Of a stretch of 64,000 nt of DNA, positions 28,905 to 37,912 are shown piece by piece. The position numbers and the translations under genes are program-made. Positions within the stretch are counted from its first letter, which is position 1, and every line of letters starts with the position of its first letter. Below the pieces are notes generated by a model. That model had not been told where the DNA came from, did no database searches, and worked only from the letters and a program-made list of their open reading frames with translations. This DNA is from Longimicrobiales bacterium (GTDB taxonomy: Bacteria; Gemmatimonadota; Gemmatimonadetes; Longimicrobiales; Gaopeijiaceae), in assembly GCA_965248195.1 (NCBI GenBank), contig CBDFIQ010000002.1:224001-288000 (forward strand). The letters are read 5' to 3'.

Positions 28905-29960
28905 ATGAACGAGACCAGCGAGGGGACGGCGCAGACCAGCGAGGGGACGGCGCAGACCAGCGAGGGGACGGTGCAGAAGCGGGTGCTCAGCGGCATCCAG
29001 CCCACGGGAGAGGTCCACCTGGGCAACTACCTGGGAGCCCTCCGGCAGTGGGTCCACATGCAGGACGAATACGAGTGCTTCTACTCGATTGTGGATTACC
29101 ACGCGATTCTCGGGGAGGACGACCCCGCCGACCTTCCGTCTCGGACCCTGGACATGGCGATCAGCATCTTGGCCGTGGGCGTCGATCCCGAGCGATGCAC
29201 ACTCTTCGTTCAGTCCGACGTGCCCGAACACGTCGAGTTGGCCTGGCTCTTCAATACGGTGGCCCCGGTCGGCGACCTCGAACGGATGACGCAGTACAAG
29301 GACAAGTCGCAGCGGTACGATTCGATCCCCGTAGGCCTGCTCAACTACCCGGTTCTTCAGGCGGCCGACATTCTCATCTATCGGGCGGATGCTGTGCCGG
29401 TGGGTGAGGACCAGAGACAGCATCTGGAGCTCACGCGGGATATCGCCCGGAAGTGGAACGCCCGCTACGGCGAGTTTTTCCCTGAGCCCGGCGCCATCAT
29501 CCCCGAAGTCGGCCGGATCAAGGGGCTCGATGGGGAGGCCAAGATGAGTAAATCGCTGGGGAACACGGTCCCTATTCTGGCGGACGAGGAAGCAGTGTGG
29601 GAGCGCGTCAGGAAGGCCGTGACCGACTCGCAGCGTGTCCGTCGTGACGACCCCGGCCGGCCCGAGGTTTGCAACGTGTTCACGCTCCACAAACTGGTTA
29701 CGGATGCGTCCCTGATTCCGGACATCGAGGCGCAGTGTAGAGCCGGGACCCGGGGGTGCGTCGACTGTAAGCGAATCTTCGCCGACAGCCTCGTGCGTGA
29801 GTTCGCCCCCTTCCGAGAGCGTGCAGAGGACCTGCGAGCGCACCCCGAAGAGGTGCGTGGCGTGCTGGAGGCCGGAGCCGATCGGGCGCGCGCCGTGGCC
29901 CGAGAGACGCTGGCTGAAGCTCGCAGCCGCATGGGAATCAGTTGGCGTTCCGCACTGTGA
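28905..29960 (+). CDS. trpS: Tryptophan--tRNA ligase
   Basis: 'SGIQPTG..HLGN', 'YPVLQAADI', 'VPVGEDQ', KMSKS; start either ATG 28905 or GTG 28971. Confidence 0.97.
   Translation: MNETSEGTAQTSEGTAQTSEGTVQKRVLSGIQPTGEVHLGNYLGALRQWVHMQDEYECFYSIVDYHAILGEDDPADLPSRTLDMAISILAVGVDPERCTLFVQSDVPEHVELAWLFNTVAPVGDLERMTQYKDKSQRYDSIPVGLLNYPVLQAADILIYRADAVPVGEDQRQHLELTRDIARKWNARYGEFFPEPGAIIPEVGRIKGLDGEAKMSKSLGNTVPILADEEAVWERVRKAVTDSQRVRRDDPGRPEVCNVFTLHKLVTDASLIPDIEAQCRAGTRGCVDCKRIFADSLVREFAPFRERAEDLRAHPEEVRGVLEAGADRARAVARETLAEARSRMGISWRSAL
28912..28974 (+). repeat. 3 x 21-bp tandem repeat (AGACCAGCGAGGGGACGGYGC)
   Basis: Units at 28912, 28933 and 28954, encoding TSEGTAQ repeats at the trpS N-terminus. Confidence 0.95.
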
Positions 29961-30024
29961 TTGCACAACTTTGGAGTAAGGTGCCTCACGAACTCGATGC
30001 CGAATGTTGGAGGGTGCGACGCTG

Positions 30025-31161
30025 ATGAATGAGATGTTCAAGAAGGCGATCCAGGATGGGGCCAGTGATATCCATATCAAGGCCGGAGACTTCGTCCGAG
30101 CCCGGTTGCATGGGGAACTTATTCCGCTCACCGACCAGAAGCTCTCCCACGAGCAGGTCCGTCAATTGGCCGTGAAGCTGATTCCCTACGAAAAGGACCG
30201 GGATCGCATCGACGAGCTCCAGGACTACGACTGTTCCTGGGGCCTTCCGGGGCTTGGACGCTTCCGCGTCAGTATCCTGAAGCAGCGCGGCGTTCTCGGA
30301 ATCGTCATGAGGATCATCACGATCGACATTCCGACCTTCGAGGACCTCAGGCTCCCGCCCGTGCTCGAGAAGATTTCCCAGAACGAGCGGGGGTTGATCT
30401 TGGTCACGGGGGTGACGGGCAGCGGGAAGAGTTCGACGATGGCGGCCATGATTGGGTACATCAACCGAAACATGCGAAAGCACATCATCACGCTCGAGGA
30501 TCCCATCGAATTTCTGCATCGGGATCTCAACTCTTCAGTCACACAACGCGACGTGGGTTGGGATACCGAGTCGTTTTCGTCGGGCCTCCGCTCGTCCCTC
30601 CGCCAGGACCCCGATGTCATACTCATCGGTGAGATGCGCGACAGGGACACGATCGACACGGCGCTCAAGGCCGCCGAAACAGGCCATCTGGTCATTACCA
30701 CCGTTCACACGAAGAACGCGGTCCAGTCCCTCACGCGCATCATCGGTGTGTTCCGTGCGGAGGAGCAGGAGATGATCCGTACTCGCCTTGCGGATTCGCT
30801 TCAAGCGGTGATCAGCCAGCGCCTCCTTCCGACCGCGAAGGGGGACGGACTCGTGGTGGCTGCCGAGATCATGCTCGTCACGGGGACGATTCGGGATTGT
30901 ATTGTCGACGTGGAGCGCATGGCAGAGATCATCGATCTGGTCCGTGACGGAAGGGAGCAGTACGGATCGCAGACGTTCGATCAGCACCTCATGGAGTTGG
31001 TAAACGCCGAATCGGTGACGTTCGAGGCGGCGAAGAGGGCGGCCAACAGCCCGAACGACTTCGACCTCCAGATGAACATGCTCGGCGCAACCCGTGGCGT
31101 CGGAGCGAGAAGTGCCGTCTTTGAGGATTCTGGAGATGCGATGGGCGACTTCACCGTATGA
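30025..31161 (+). CDS. pilT: Type IV pilus retraction ATPase PilT/PilU
   Basis: 'ASDIHI', 'GVTGSGKS', 'TLEDPIE', 'RQDPDVILIGEMRD', 'AETGHLV..TVH', 'SQRL'; alternative ATG at 30004. Confidence 0.92.
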   Translation: MNEMFKKAIQDGASDIHIKAGDFVRARLHGELIPLTDQKLSHEQVRQLAVKLIPYEKDRDRIDELQDYDCSWGLPGLGRFRVSILKQRGVLGIVMRIITIDIPTFEDLRLPPVLEKISQNERGLILVTGVTGSGKSSTMAAMIGYINRNMRKHIITLEDPIEFLHRDLNSSVTQRDVGWDTESFSSGLRSSLRQDPDVILIGEMRDRDTIDTALKAAETGHLVITTVHTKNAVQSLTRIIGVFRAEEQEMIRTRLADSLQAVISQRLLPTAKGDGLVVAAEIMLVTGTIRDCIVDVERMAEIIDLVRDGREQYGSQTFDQHLMELVNAESVTFEAAKRAANSPNDFDLQMNMLGATRGVGARSAVFEDSGDAMGDFTV

Positions 31162-32093
31162 GCGTCGACCTCTCCGGCGTTCTCGTACCCTGCACGACAC
31201 CTTTCGACCCGGTGACGGGAGACGTGGATCTGGTGGGCTTCCGCGCGAACGTGCGGAGCTTCATGGCACATCCGATCCGAGGGATCGTCGTCGGAGGATC
31301 CACCGGAGAGGCTGTGCTGTTGGACGAGGAGGAGCGGGTGCTGCTGCTCGAAGGCGCCCGTGATCTGGTTCCGGATGACCGCCTGGTGATTGCCGGGACC
31401 GGGGCGGAGTCTACGAGGGCGACGATCCGCCGCTGTGAGGTGTCCGCTGGGAAGGGTGCGGACGCCGTACTCGTCCAGCCGCCCGCGTTTTATCGGGGAG
31501 CCATGACGGACGCCGCATTGTTGGACCATTACGGGGCAGTCGCAGCCGCATCCCCGATTCCGGTCATCCTCTATCAGGTGCCGCTGCGCATGAGCACCCT
31601 GGAGCTCTCCACCGACCTCGTGGCGGGGCTCGCCAAGATCGCCAACGTCGTGGGGATCAAGGATTCGAGGGGCAGCGTTGAAGTCGTGGCGGAGCTGGTG
31701 GACCATACGCCCGATGCGTTCCAGGTCCTGGTCGGGAGTGGTGCCGCCCTTTACGGGGGCCTCGAGTTGGGCGCCGTGGGAGGGATCCTCGGTGTCGCCA
31801 ACCTGGCGCCTGGGCCGGCTGCCGCGATCCACGTGGCCCACAAAGCCGGGGATTCGGCCGAGGCCGGGAGAATCCAGGAAACCGTGGCTCCGATGCATAC
31901 CGAGATCGTAGCCGCGATGGGTGTCCCGGGGGTGAAAGTAGCGCTGGATCTGCTCGGCCTCCGGGGGGGAGATCCCCGGCTTCCTCTTCGGCCGCTGCCC
32001 GATGGAAAGCGAGAGGACGTGGCCAGCGTGCTCGCGCGTGCGGGACTCGAAGCGATAAAGACTCCTTCCGTCTACAGCGTCGGCGGTCATTGA
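31158..32093 (+). CDS. Dihydrodipicolinate synthase family aldolase (HOGA/KDG-aldolase-like paralogue)
   Basis: 'TTPF', 'GSTGE', 'YQVP', 'GIKDS'; lacks DapA-specific YNKP/GRT. Confidence 0.85.
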   Translation: MSVDLSGVLVPCTTPFDPVTGDVDLVGFRANVRSFMAHPIRGIVVGGSTGEAVLLDEEERVLLLEGARDLVPDDRLVIAGTGAESTRATIRRCEVSAGKGADAVLVQPPAFYRGAMTDAALLDHYGAVAAASPIPVILYQVPLRMSTLELSTDLVAGLAKIANVVGIKDSRGSVEVVAELVDHTPDAFQVLVGSGAALYGGLELGAVGGILGVANLAPGPAAAIHVAHKAGDSAEAGRIQETVAPMHTEIVAAMGVPGVKVALDLLGLRGGDPRLPLRPLPDGKREDVASVLARAGLEAIKTPSVYSVGGH

Positions 32094-32170
32094 CGCTAAC
32101 GGGGCCGGCCATCATTGACGCTAACGGGGCCGGCCATCGTTGACGCTAACGGGGCCGGCTGTCGTTGACG
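32090..32170 (+). repeat. 3.2 x 25-bp tandem repeat TTGACGCTAACGGGGCCGGCYRTCR
   Basis: Units start at 32090, 32115, 32140, plus TTGACGCT at 32165; no spacers. Confidence 0.95.
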
Positions 32171-32193
32171 CTGCATCCCCTCGGTTCTACCTT
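32165..32193 (+). promoter_or_regulatory. Putative sigma70 promoter of purA (TTGACG-17-TACCTT)
   Basis: -35 at 32165-32170, 17-nt spacer, -10 at 32188-32193. Confidence 0.6.
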
Positions 32194-32216
32194 TTCCTAA
32201 AGGATGCACCGCCCAG

Positions 32217-32251
32217 AGCCCATTCCCACCGGAATGGGCTTTTTTCTTTTT
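32217..32251 (+). terminator. Intrinsic terminator-like hairpin upstream of purA
   Basis: AGCCCATTCC-CACC-GGAATGGGCT perfect 10-bp stem followed by TTTTTCTTTTT. Confidence 0.8.
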
Positions 32252-32291
32252 ATTCAAGGGCCTTTCGGCCTTTTCAACGCGGAATGACGCC

Positions 32292-33584
32292 GTGTCTGAA
32301 GGTAGAAGCTCCGGCAACTGCACGGTCGTGCTGGGTTGCCAGTGGGGCGACGAGGGGAAGGGCAAGATCGTCGACGTCCTCGCCGAGGACGTGCATGTGG
32401 TCGCCCGTTACCAGGGTGGGGCCAACGCCGGGCACACCGTCCATGTCCGAGACGATGAATTCATTCTGCACCAGATTCCCTCGGGGATCCTCCACCCGGG
32501 AAAGCGGTGTCTCCTGGGCAACGGTGTGGTAATCGACGCACTCGGCTTCGGCGAAGAGTACGACGGCCTGGAGGCTCGCGGTATCGCCCTCGAGGGGCGG
32601 GTAGGCGTGAGCCAGAAGGCGCATCTGGTGATGCCTTATCACCGGTTGCTCGACCAGGTTTCGGAGGATCGGGCGGAACAGAAGATAGGGACGACAGGTC
32701 GAGGTATCGGACCGGCTTACGAGGAAAAAGCGGGCAGGGGGGGTCTTCGAGTTTCCGATCTCGCCCACCCCGACCGCGTTGCCTCGCTCGTCGAAGAGGG
32801 AGTCGAGAGGGCCCGCCGGCGTGCCCGGATGCTGGGGGGAGAGCTCTCTGGCGATATCGGCGCAATGGTCGATGAGGCCTTGCTGGCCGGGGAGCGCCTG
32901 CGTGGACTCGCCACGGATACGGGTCTCGAGATCCTGGACGCCGTTCGAAGCGGCAAGGGGGTACTGCTCGAGGGAGCACAGGGTACGGCGCTGGATTTGG
33001 ATCACGGCACCTACCCCTTCGTCACCTCCTCGAACACGACCGCCGGTGGCGCGGCTACGGGCTCGGGGATCGGGCCCACCGCGATCGACGCGGTGATCGG
33101 CGTGGTGAAGGCCTACACTACGCGCGTCGGGAACGGGCCGCTTCCGACGGGATTCGAGCCGGAGATGGATGAAAAATTTCGGGAGTTGGGCGGAGAGTTC
33201 GGCGCGACGACCGGGCGGCCTCGGCGGTGTGGTTGGTTCGACGCCGTGCTCGCCCGTTACGCGGCCCGGGTGAATGGCCTGACGGGATTGGCCGTGACCA
33301 AGTTGGATGTTCTGGATACGGTTCCCGAGATTTCGATCGCCACTGCGTACCGAACACCGAGGGGTGAGCTGCATGAATTCCCCGCCGACACTTGGCAGCT
33401 CGGAGAGGTGGAGCCGATCTACGAGACGCTTCCGGGCTGGGAGGCACCGACTCGGGAGGCCTCCACCTTGGCGGATCTACCGGCGGCAGCCCGCAGTTAC
33501 CTGGATCGCATCGAGGAACTTACCGACACGCCCATTGAGATGGTGTCCGTAGGAACTCGCAGGAGGCAGATCATCAGGGTCTGA
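32292..33584 (+). CDS. purA: Adenylosuccinate synthase
   Basis: 'QWGDEGKGK', 'GGANAGHT', 'GTTGRGIGP', 'EGAQG', 'GATTGRPRRCGW', 'TKLDVL'. Confidence 0.98.
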   Translation: MSEGRSSGNCTVVLGCQWGDEGKGKIVDVLAEDVHVVARYQGGANAGHTVHVRDDEFILHQIPSGILHPGKRCLLGNGVVIDALGFGEEYDGLEARGIALEGRVGVSQKAHLVMPYHRLLDQVSEDRAEQKIGTTGRGIGPAYEEKAGRGGLRVSDLAHPDRVASLVEEGVERARRRARMLGGELSGDIGAMVDEALLAGERLRGLATDTGLEILDAVRSGKGVLLEGAQGTALDLDHGTYPFVTSSNTTAGGAATGSGIGPTAIDAVIGVVKAYTTRVGNGPLPTGFEPEMDEKFRELGGEFGATTGRPRRCGWFDAVLARYAARVNGLTGLAVTKLDVLDTVPEISIATAYRTPRGELHEFPADTWQLGEVEPIYETLPGWEAPTREASTLADLPAAARSYLDRIEELTDTPIEMVSVGTRRRQIIRV

Positions 33585-33747
33585 CGTCGACGGCCTCGAC
33601 GATGCACGCCGGTGCCGGGAAAAGGGGGTGCACGATCTACCGTTGCCCCACCCATACTCTTATCTTTTTAAGCTTTGTCGCATCCATTCGCTCGGGCGTC
33701 TGTGGTGAGAGAGTGGGTGGTTTGCCAATGAGGAGGACTGGGCGCCG

Positions 33748-35046
33748 ATGTTCGACGAACTCGGCAACAAGCTGGACAGTGTTCTGGGGAAGTTCCGGCA
33801 GCGGGGCGTCATTACGGAGCCCATGATCCGGGATGGCCTTCGTGAGGTCCGGCGGGTTCTTCTCGAGGCAGACGTCAACTATAAGGTGACGCGGCAGTTT
33901 CTCGAGCGCGTGCAGGAGCGGGCTCTCGGCGAGCAGGTCATCAAATCGGTTTCGCCGGGACAGCAGATCGTCAAGATCGTCCATGACGAGTTGGCGAGTC
34001 TGCTGGGCGAGGGACCGGCAACGCTCGAGTGGGCGTCGTCAGTGCCGACGGTGATTTTGGTCGTGGGCCTGCAGGGTTCGGGTAAGACGACCACAGTGGC
34101 GAAGTTGGCGAAGCGGTTCGCAGGTGAGGGCAGGGCGCCCTTGCTGGCCGCTTGTGACCTGTACCGCCCGGCGGCCGTCGACCAGTTGGCAACGCTCGGG
34201 GAGCAGGTCGGCGTGCCGGTTCACCGGGGCGGCTCGGGTGAAGATCCGGTCGCCGTGGCGAACGCCGCCGTGGCGATCGCACGGCGCGACGGCAGGACCG
34301 TGCTGATTGTGGATACGGCCGGTCGGCTCCAGATCGACGAGCCGATGATGGACGAGCTTCGCCGGCTCAAAGCGGATCTGGCGCCGCAGGAGATCCTGCT
34401 GGTGGCCGACGCCATGACCGGCCAAGAGGCGGTGAATATCGCGGAGGGCTTCGACCAGGCGTTGGGCCTGACCGGTGTGATCCTCACGAAGATGGACGGT
34501 GATGCCCGAGGCGGAGCGGCGCTCTCGATTCGGGGAGTGGTCGGGAAGCCGATCAAGTTCGTGGGCGTGGGCGAGACAGCAGACGATCTGGAGCTGACCG
34601 ACCCGGAGCGCATGGCGGGGCGCATCCTCAAGATGGGGGATGTGGTCGGTTTGGTGGAACGGGCAGAGCGGGCCCTGGACGCTGGAGCGCAGGTAGAGCT
34701 TCAGCAGCAGATGCTCAGGGGACGCTTTACGTTGGAAGACTTCTTGACCGCGATGCGGCAGGTCCAGAAGATGGGTCCGGTGGAGCAGTTGTTGAAGATG
34801 ATTCCGGGTGCGGCCCGGGCGATACCGGACGGGGGAATCGATCCGAAAAGGATGAAGCATGTCGAGGCGATCATCCTCTCGATGACGAAGGCTGAGCGAA
34901 TCGCGCCGGAGATCCTGGACGGATCGAGGAGAGCGCGAATCGCGAAGGGAAGTGGGCGGCCGGTTTCGGAGGTGAATCGACTGCTCAAGCAGTTCAAGGA
35001 GACGCAGAAGTTCATGAAACAGATGAAGGGCATGCTGCCCGTCTGA
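33748..35046 (+). CDS. ffh: Signal recognition particle protein
   Basis: 'LLEADV', 'GLQGSGKTT', 'DTAGR', 'TKMDGDARGG', Met-rich M domain. Confidence 0.98.
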   Translation: MFDELGNKLDSVLGKFRQRGVITEPMIRDGLREVRRVLLEADVNYKVTRQFLERVQERALGEQVIKSVSPGQQIVKIVHDELASLLGEGPATLEWASSVPTVILVVGLQGSGKTTTVAKLAKRFAGEGRAPLLAACDLYRPAAVDQLATLGEQVGVPVHRGGSGEDPVAVANAAVAIARRDGRTVLIVDTAGRLQIDEPMMDELRRLKADLAPQEILLVADAMTGQEAVNIAEGFDQALGLTGVILTKMDGDARGGAALSIRGVVGKPIKFVGVGETADDLELTDPERMAGRILKMGDVVGLVERAERALDAGAQVELQQQMLRGRFTLEDFLTAMRQVQKMGPVEQLLKMIPGAARAIPDGGIDPKRMKHVEAIILSMTKAERIAPEILDGSRRARIAKGSGRPVSEVNRLLKQFKETQKFMKQMKGMLPV

Positions 35047-35101
35047 TCACGTGGAAAACCGCCGGATGGACTGGCGACAAAGGACGAACTGGAAAGCGCA
35101 T

Positions 35102-36208
35102 ATGTCCGTAAGAATTCGACTTCGCCGTATGGGCCGGAAAAAGCTGGCTCATTATCGCATCGTAGTGGCCGACTCCGCGGCACCGCGGGATGGTCGCTTC
35201 GTGGAGACTCTCGGGTATTACAAGCCCCTGACGAGCCCGGCGCGCCTTGTCGTGGACCTGGAGAAGGCCGATGAGTGGATCGGCAAGGGTGCCGAGCAGT
35301 CCGACACGATCCGCACGCTACTGAACAAGGCTCGCAAGGGCGGGGATAGCAAGGTCGCGGTTGGCGAGATCGATCCCGAGGAGGCGAAGGCCGCCAAGGC
35401 CGCCGCCGTGGAGGAACGCCGCAAGGCCGAGGCGAAAGCCCGCGAGGCGGCGGCCGCTGCAGCGGTTGCCCAGGAAGCGGCGACCGCAGCTGCGGCTGAG
35501 GTGGAGGCTGAAGAGGTTGCCGAGGCTGAGCCCGAAGCAGAGGCTGCCCAGGAGGAGCCCGCTGCGGAAGAGGAAGCTGAGCCCGAAGCAGAGGCTGCCC
35601 AGGAGGAGCCCGCTGCGGAAGAGGAAGCTGAGCCCGAAGCAGAGGCCGCCGAAGAGGAGCCCACAGCTGAAGAAGAAGCTGAGCCCGAAGCGGAGGCTGC
35701 CGAAGAGGAGCCCGCAGCGGAAGCAGAGGCTGAGCCCGGAGCGAAGCCTGCCGAGGAGGAGCCCGCAGCGGAAGAAGAAGCTGAGCCCGAAGCGGAGGCT
35801 GCCGAAGAGGAGCCCGCAGCTGAAGCAGAGGCTGAGCCCGAAGCGGAGGCTGCCGAAGAGGAGCCCGCCGCTGAAGCGGAAGCTGAGCCTGAAGCGGAGG
35901 CTGCCGAGGAGGAGCCCGCCGCTGAAGCAGAGGCTGAGCCTGAAGCGGAGGCTGCCGAGGAGGAGCCCGCAGCTGAAGCAGAGGCTGAGCCTGAAGCGGA
36001 GGCTGCCGAGGAGGAGCCCGCAGCTGAAGCAGAGGCTGAGCCCAAAGCGGAGGCTGCCAAGGAGAAGCCCGCCGCCAAAGCAGCAGCTAAGCCCAAAGCG
36101 AAGGCCGCCAAGGAGAAGCCCGCCGCCAAAGCAGCAGCTAAGCCCAAAGCGAAGGCTGCAAAAAAGAAGAAGCCCGCTGCCAAGAAAAAGGAAAAAAAGT
36201 CGAAGTAA
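35102..36208 (+). CDS. rpsP: 30S ribosomal protein S16 with a very long repetitive C-terminal extension
   Basis: 'MSVRIRLRRMG..YRIVVADS..PRDGRFVETLGYY'; ffh-rpsP-rimM-trmD-rplS synteny. Confidence 0.96.
   Translation: MSVRIRLRRMGRKKLAHYRIVVADSAAPRDGRFVETLGYYKPLTSPARLVVDLEKADEWIGKGAEQSDTIRTLLNKARKGGDSKVAVGEIDPEEAKAAKAAAVEERRKAEAKAREAAAAAAVAQEAATAAAAEVEAEEVAEAEPEAEAAQEEPAAEEEAEPEAEAAQEEPAAEEEAEPEAEAAEEEPTAEEEAEPEAEAAEEEPAAEAEAEPGAKPAEEEPAAEEEAEPEAEAAEEEPAAEAEAEPEAEAAEEEPAAEAEAEPEAEAAEEEPAAEAEAEPEAEAAEEEPAAEAEAEPEAEAAEEEPAAEAEAEPKAEAAKEKPAAKAAAKPKAKAAKEKPAAKAAAKPKAKAAKKKKPAAKKKEKKSK
35522..36190 (+). repeat. About 13 x 51-bp (17-aa) coding tandem repeat in rpsP
   Basis: EAEPEAEAAEEEPAAEA-type unit x10 (35522-36031), then Lys-substituted units from 36032. 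Confidence 0.93.
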
Positions 36209-36226
36209 CTCCTCGCACGCACCGTC

Positions 36227-36769
36227 ATGGGTAAGACCCAAGCGCCGAAGAATTTGGTCGTGGGGCACCTCAACAAGGCCCACGGCACCAAGGGCGAGAT
36301 CTTCATCTGGCCCCTGACTGACCACCCCGAGAGCACGTTCGCTCCCGGGGTGGATCTGTACCTGGGTGACGCGAACGGCGATCTGCCGACCGACCCACTG
36401 ACGCTGCGGGTCGAGTCGAGTCGAGCGTATCGCCGTGGGTTCCTGGTTCGTTTCGCGGGGGTCCACGACCGAAGTGGAGTGGATGGCCTTCTGGACCGGT
36501 ACGTCATGCGCGCCATGGAACAGATCGAAGAGTTGGCTGAGGGTGAGACCTTCTACCACCAACTCCTGGGCATGGAGGTCGTCACCGTCGAGGGTGAGCA
36601 GGTGGGAGAGGTCGTCGAGATCTACGAGTTGAGGCCAGCGGACCTCTTGGAGATCCGGGGTCCGGAGAAGACCTTCATGATCCCGTATATCTCGGAGATG
36701 ATCCAGTCGGTGAGCGTGGCGGACAACCGGATCGTGCTCGACCCGCCTCCGGGCCTCTTGGAGGTGTAA
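36227..36769 (+). CDS. rimM: Ribosome maturation factor RimM
   Basis: 'VGHLNKAHGTKGE', 'FYHQLLG', 'MIPY', 'PPPGLL'; synteny. Confidence 0.95.
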   Translation: MGKTQAPKNLVVGHLNKAHGTKGEIFIWPLTDHPESTFAPGVDLYLGDANGDLPTDPLTLRVESSRAYRRGFLVRFAGVHDRSGVDGLLDRYVMRAMEQIEELAEGETFYHQLLGMEVVTVEGEQVGEVVEIYELRPADLLEIRGPEKTFMIPYISEMIQSVSVADNRIVLDPPPGLLEV

Positions 36770-36770
36770 C

Positions 36771-37448
36771 TTGGGCGGCCACGATCCGATCACGATCAAC
36801 ATCGTCACGATTTTTCCCGAATTCTTCGAGACGCCGTTGGCGACGAGTATCCCTGGGCGTGCGGCCGAAAAGGGGCTCGTGCGTTATCGGGTGGTGGACC
36901 TTCGAGCGTTCACGACGGATCGGCACCAGACGGTGGACGACATACCGTACGGAGGGGGGGCGGGAATGGTCCTGAAGCCTGAACCCTTCTTCGAGGCGGT
37001 CGACAGCCTGGCCACGAAAGGCCCGGTCGTGCTCCTTTCCGCGCGTGGAAAGATCTTCAGCCATCAGGATGCGGTGCGGTACGCCGTGCAGCCGGACCTC
37101 ACGCTGCTCTGCGGCCATTACAAGGATGTCGACCAACGGGTCGCCGACCACCTTGCCACGGAGGAGATCTCACTCGGCCGCTTTGTGCTGTCTGGGGGAG
37201 AGATCGGGGCACTCGCGGTCGCGGACTCGGTGGTCCGACTCCTTCCCGGAGCGATGGGCGACCATGACTCGGCGGCGACGGACTCTTTTTACGACGGTGC
37301 CTCTCTCAGTGCTCCATCCTTCACGCGCCCACCGGAGTACCGAGGACACGCGGTCCCGGAGGTCCTTCGCACCGGGGATCACCGGAAAATTGAAAAGTGG
37401 CGAGAGGCGGAAGCGAGGCGCCGGACGGCGGAGCGGGAGGGCGAGTAA
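36771..37448 (+). CDS. trmD: tRNA (guanine37-N1)-methyltransferase
   Basis: 'VTIFPE', 'VDDIPYGGGAGMV', 'LCGHYKDVDQRV', 'FVLSGGE', 'TRP'. Confidence 0.96.
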   Translation: MGGHDPITINIVTIFPEFFETPLATSIPGRAAEKGLVRYRVVDLRAFTTDRHQTVDDIPYGGGAGMVLKPEPFFEAVDSLATKGPVVLLSARGKIFSHQDAVRYAVQPDLTLLCGHYKDVDQRVADHLATEEISLGRFVLSGGEIGALAVADSVVRLLPGAMGDHDSAATDSFYDGASLSAPSFTRPPEYRGHAVPEVLRTGDHRKIEKWREAEARRRTAEREGE

Positions 37449-37544
37449 CCCCCTCCCGCACGTCCTCTTCACCGGTCGTCGGACGTCGATTATCTTATAG
37501 GCTACCGACGAACGGGACGTTCGCCTGAACCACAAGGACATGAC

Positions 37545-37895
37545 ATGTCTGATCTTATCCAAGAGCTCGAGAAGGCGGAGTTTAGGGACGACTCCCCCGA
37601 CTTTGCTCCCGGTGATACGGTTCGGGTGCTCTATAACGTCCGAGAGGGCACCAAGGAGCGCATTCAGGCCTTCGAGGGCGTCTGCATCGGGCGCCGGGGC
37701 GGTGGAATGGGTGAAACGTTCACGGTACGGAAGATTTCCAGCGGGATCGGCGTCGAGCGCGTGTTCCCGCTTCACGCGCCGACTGTCACGGGAGTCGAGG
37801 TCGTCCGTCGCGGGCGCGTACGACGTGCCAAGCTCTACTACATGAGAGGCCTGCGAGGCAAGGCGGCACGCATCCGGGAGAAGCGGACCACCTAG
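37545..37895 (+). CDS. rplS: 50S ribosomal protein L19
   Basis: 'PGDTVRV', '[12 protein letters not shown]', 'FTVRKIS.GIGVER', 'VRRAKLYY'. Confidence 0.98.
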   Translation: MSDLIQELEKAEFRDDSPDFAPGDTVRVLYNVREGTKERIQAFEGVCIGRRGGGMGETFTVRKISSGIGVERVFPLHAPTVTGVEVVRRGRVRRAKLYYMRGLRGKAARIREKRTT

Positions 37896-37912
37896 GAACA
37901 CGACCTAATACG

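Noticed and set aside
32090..32170. 25-bp repeats as a mini CRISPR array
   Set aside because: Units are head-to-tail with no unique spacers and there are no cas genes in the window
33681..33719. Hairpin upstream of ffh as SRP RNA or an SRP mimic
   Set aside because: No GNRA-capped domain IV (CAGG/AGCA) motif visible; stem depends on G-U pairs
35218..36808. Long antisense and alternate-frame ORFs over rpsP, and similar shadow ORFs throughout
   Set aside because: Products of repeat sequence and high GC codon bias opposite well-supported genes
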